Shown one piece after another: positions 34,086 to 37,235 of a DNA stretch of 37,235 bases. Under the pieces are notes generated by a model. The model was not told the origin of the DNA and searched no databases. It worked only from the letters and a program-made list of their open reading frames with translations. The stretch is from contig PXQZ01000114.1 of NCBI GenBank assembly GCA_003021755.1, forward strand, positions 1-37,235, read 5' to 3'. A program made the position numbers and the translations under genes. Source of the stretch: Halobacteriales archaeon QH_8_67_36 (GTDB lineage Archaea > Halobacteriota > Halobacteria > Halobacteriales > Haloarculaceae). The stretch's first letter is position 1; each line of letters starts with the position of its first letter.

Positions 34086-34197
34086 GACGAACCGCCGAAC
34101 AGCGGTCCGGAGCACAACCCAACTGACCCAGCGGCCCAGCAGCCGTTCGTTCCGGCGTTCCAGCGTGTTTATTATGATGGCCAGAAGTAACTGCGAT

Positions 34198-35622
34198 GTG
34201 CGAATCGGCCAGACTTCCGCTGTTCATTTCGCTTCGGAGCTTCTCGCGTCCGTCGCGGGATTTATGGCGACGCTGTACATCGCTCGCGAACTCGGGAGCG
34301 GGGCGCTTGGAACCTATGCGCTGTTCGTCGCCGTGCTGATTTGGCTCAAGACTATCTTTGGGTCCGGACTCCACCAGGCGATCACCAAGCGTGTGAGCGA
34401 GGCCGACGTAGGGAGTGCGTATTTCGGTGCCGGGATTCTGGTACAGGCGGCCGTGTTCGTCTGTCTCGTCGCCGGGCTGGTCCTGACGCGCCCGTACCTA
34501 AACGACTATCTCGGTTTCCAGGGGACGACGCTGCTGGTCGTCGCCCTCGCCGGTATACTCGTCTATGCGCTCGTTTCAGCGATGCTGCACGGGGCAGAGA
34601 AGGTCCATCTCGCCGCGCTGTTGCAGCCTCTCAACCGTGTGGTTCGAAGCGGTGTGCAGCTCGCGGTCGTGTTTCTCGGTATCATCGGCGGCAGCATCGC
34701 TGGCCTCGTCTGGGGGTATGTCGCTGGCGCCAGCGTCGCGGCGGTCGCGGGCGCGCTCCTGCTGTCACTCCGTCCGACTGTTCCAAGTCGAGAGGAGCTG
34801 GCGAGTCTACTCGAATTCACGCGGTACTCCTGGCTCTCCGGTATCGAGGGCCGCTCGTTCTCGGCAATGGACACGGTCGTACTGGGGCTGTTCGTCACGT
34901 CATCGTTTATCGGGTACTACGAGGTCGCCTGGAACCTGGCGTCACTACTTGCTATATTCGGCAACTCAATCGCCGAATCGCTATTTCCGACCATCAGCAA
35001 GCTGGACAGCAACGCGGAGTACGCGACCATTCGCAATCTCGTCTCGAACGGGCTGGCGTACACGGGACTCTTTCTCATTCCCGGATTCGTCGGTGTCCTC
35101 TTTATCGGCGAGACCGTTCTCGGTATCTACGGGTCCGAGTTCCGACAAGCCACGACCGTGCTCGCAATCCTCGTCGCCGCGCGGCTCATCTACGCCTACG
35201 AGGCGCAGTTCGTGATGATGCTGAACGCACTCGACCATCCCGACGTAGCGTTCAGAGTCAACGTCCTCTTTGTGGTTGCGAACATCATCCTGAATCTGGT
35301 GCTGGTTTCAATCTACGGGTGGGTCGGTGCCGCAGTCGGAACGGCGCTGGCCGCGCTGGTAGGTCTGGTATCCGCTTACTACGCGCTGGCGGACCGCATC
35401 ACCGTCCAGATTCCGCTCGGAGAGCTCTCGCGGCAGTTCGCCGCTGCCGGGGTCATGGGCGTGGCGCTGTATCCGTTCAAAGACCTGTTGCTCGGTCTGG
35501 TTCAGAAACCGATACCGGAGGCACTGGTGCTCGTCGGGTTCGGGGCCGCGGTTTACTTTTGCGTGCTGACAGTCCTCTCCGCACATTTCCGGACGACGAT
35601 TCAAGACAACATCTCACCGTGA
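34198..35622 (+). CDS. Wzx/MATE-like oligosaccharide flippase (AglR-like)
   Basis: GTG start giving (M)RIGQTSAVHF, about 25 nt after TTTATTAT. Many transmembrane segments; DTVVLG...GYYEVAW...LFPTIS. Confidence 0.9.
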   Translation: MRIGQTSAVHFASELLASVAGFMATLYIARELGSGALGTYALFVAVLIWLKTIFGSGLHQAITKRVSEADVGSAYFGAGILVQAAVFVCLVAGLVLTRPYLNDYLGFQGTTLLVVALAGILVYALVSAMLHGAEKVHLAALLQPLNRVVRSGVQLAVVFLGIIGGSIAGLVWGYVAGASVAAVAGALLLSLRPTVPSREELASLLEFTRYSWLSGIEGRSFSAMDTVVLGLFVTSSFIGYYEVAWNLASLLAIFGNSIAESLFPTISKLDSNAEYATIRNLVSNGLAYTGLFLIPGFVGVLFIGETVLGIYGSEFRQATTVLAILVAARLIYAYEAQFVMMLNALDHPDVAFRVNVLFVVANIILNLVLVSIYGWVGAAVGTALAALVGLVSAYYALADRITVQIPLGELSRQFAAAGVMGVALYPFKDLLLGLVQKPIPEALVLVGFGAAVYFCVLTVLSAHFRTTIQDNISP

Positions 35623-35626
35623 AATG

Positions 35627-36403
35627 TCATATGTCTGATAGTGACGGGGCGGCCTTCCGCATGTGATTTGGCACGTCAGGCTCCTCGACCAGCAAAATTG
35701 CTTCCCCGCCCTCGTAGTCCATGCTCGGGTCGACGAGCGTGCCGCGCCAGGGCAGCTTCTCCGTGCTGAACCGAACTCCAACTTCCGGCAACTCAGTCGT
35801 CAGCCGCTCGACGATCTCTTCTTGCACTGCCGCCTTCTCCGCCGGGAGATTGTCGGGATGGAGAAAGAGCACCGACACGTCCACACCACGCTCGACGGCC
35901 CCTTCCAGCGCCCTAATAACGCTGTCCAGATACGCGAAGCTGTTGGTGATGATACCGAGTGTCTCTTCGGCGTCGCGGTAGAGCCGGCGGGTCTCCCGTT
36001 CGCTGGGTTCGCCCACGTCGACGACGTGGAACAGCTCCGCAGTCGGCGAGATATCCTCGCTGGCCCGTTCGAAGCGGGGCTCGTACTCCGACAGGAACGC
36101 TCTCCGACTGGCCTCGATGTCGGCCGCGAAGGACTCGTAGGACTGGCGGCTGTTCTCGATGGCTCGGTCCAGTATCTCGTCGGGCGCCTTGGGCTGGTAC
36201 TCCTTGGGTCGACCCGGAACCATCTTGATGAATCCCCGGTCGGCCAGGGACTCCAGGACGCCGTATATTCGGGCTTTGGGGATGCCGGTCGCCTCCGCCA
36301 GATTCGGGGCCGTGGTCCGTCCCAGCGTCAGCAATTCCTCGATGGCCGTCGTCTCGTACTCGGTCAGCCCAACGCGGTCGAACACGTCGGACGGTTCGGT
36401 CAT
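35627..36403 (-). CDS. TrmB family transcription regulator, probably C-terminally truncated
   Basis: GLTEYET...TAPNLAEATGIPKARIYGVLESLADRGFI...GRPKEY. Ends with HMRKAAPSLSDI, 4 nt from the flippase stop. Confidence 0.88.
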   Translation of the reverse strand: MTEPSDVFDRVGLTEYETTAIEELLTLGRTTAPNLAEATGIPKARIYGVLESLADRGFIKMVPGRPKEYQPKAPDEILDRAIENSRQSYESFAADIEASRRAFLSEYEPRFERASEDISPTAELFHVVDVGEPSERETRRLYRDAEETLGIITNSFAYLDSVIRALEGAVERGVDVSVLFLHPDNLPAEKAAVQEEIVERLTTELPEVGVRFSTEKLPWRGTLVDPSMDYEGGEAILLVEEPDVPNHMRKAAPSLSDI

Positions 36404-36547
36404 ACCCCTCCCTTCGCTGCCCGGAAAATAAAACGCGCGGGATGTGTCGAAGTGTGGGAACACATGAGCGAAGACCGCGAGGAGTAAGCGACTCTTTTTT
36501 CGTCCGCCACGGGTGCGCATAGTGAGCTTCGGGTCCCCTCAGAGCCC

Positions 36548-37036
36548 GAAAGCCCTCGACTGCTTGCGGGCGCTGTGACGGATACCCCGCTTCGCTCGGC
36601 AGTGCCGCCACAGCTCACTCCGCTCGCCGCTGCGCCACGAGGAATCTCCCTGCAGTCGATTCCTCGCGCCCGCGACCAGTCTCGTCCTTTCATACGGTTT
36701 ATCGTAGATCATTTCCGGATATCGCCGGCCCCGGGGTCGGCGAACACCGGTAAATTGCTACAGTATCAGTCTACCAGTGAATGCGATAGCGAGCGCGACG
36801 GAGCGCTCGCGAAGTGAACCACCACTCCTCCCCGGTCGCTCACGTCCGTGAGCGACACGCATCCCGACCGCACAGCGGCCGGGATCGGCCTCCGTGCCGC
36901 TCCAACGGGGAAGGGGAGGGCTGCAGTCACCTGGCGGACTGGAAGGGCGAACGCGGTCGACCCGTCTGCGCGGCCCCTATCCGAGCGAGGTGAGGATATC
37001 CCGCACAGACGGGTCGAGCGGGTGAGGGCTTCAAAG
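36548..37036. repeat. Two inverted related hairpin elements with further palindromes between them
   Basis: 36548-36695 (GAAAGCCCTCG...GTCCTTTCATAC) resembles the reverse complement of 36936-37036 (GAAGCCCTC...GCCCTTCCAGTCC). 12-bp stem at 36957-36968/37006-37017. Confidence 0.6.
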
Positions 37037-37108
37037 GGAGTAGTACGAGTAGCGGTGAGAACGGTAATTGCGAGGCGGGTCGAGCGGGCGACTACGAGCA
37101 CATCACTT

Positions 37109-37132
37109 CGGACCCGCATTTATTTGGGTCCG
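37109..37132 (+). promoter_or_regulatory. TATA-like box of the aglJ-like gene flanked by a 7-bp inverted repeat
   Basis: CGGACCC-GCATTTATTT-GGGTCCG, with TTTATT about 30 nt upstream of the ATG at 37152. Confidence 0.5.
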
Positions 37133-37151
37133 CGTAGCAGATGGTCGGACA

Positions 37152-37235
37152 ATGGCCGACCGAGACGACGTCTGCGTGTTGCTCCCAGCCTACAACGAGG
37201 CCGAGACTATCGAGTCCGTCGTCGAGGGCTTTCGT
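37152..37235 (+). CDS. aglJ: GT2 glycosyltransferase, AglJ-like (5' fragment, runs off the window)
   Basis: MADRDDVCVLLPAYNEAETIESVVEGFR is a GT2 N-terminal motif; position at the edge of the agl cluster. Confidence 0.7.
   Translation, partial: MADRDDVCVLLPAYNEAETIESVVEGFR

Noticed and set aside
36490-37100. tRNA or transposase in the long intergenic regions (also 16000-16410)
   Set aside because: I found no cloverleaf with T-loop and D-loop consensus, no transposase-like ORF and no clear terminal inverted repeats with target duplication.

Overview
This is high-GC haloarchaeal (Halobacteria) chromosomal DNA encoding acidic proteins. The left part is a housekeeping block. It holds divergent top6B-top6A and gyrB-gyrA operons, with a 569-aa LAGLIDADG intein in top6B. 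These are followed by collapsed glpQ-like and arginase remnants, an NDP-sugar epimerase, a wHTH regulator, a C-terminally short ndh, udp/cdd/phosphomutase, proteasome psmB, UPF0212, an HTH-CBS protein, purM, an M50 protease, TraB, PadR, a methyltransferase and three small proteins under 60 aa missing from the ORF track. The right part is an S-layer N-glycosylation (agl) cluster: aglB, a frameshifted aglG, two GT4 enzymes, two Thr-nucleophile sulfatase-like enzymes, a polysaccharide deacetylase, a flippase, a probably truncated TrmB and the start of aglJ. The most notable observations are the Top6B intein with a non-canonical Lys-Asn end, a 19-bp alternating purine/pyrimidine tract at the gyrB promoter, five apparent deletion lesions, hairpin-rich intergenic repeat families and the pair of sulfatase-like enzymes. 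I found no CRISPR array, rRNA, tRNA or transposase, and no clearly novel multi-gene system. Gene names come from motif recognition and recalled synteny, not database searches.
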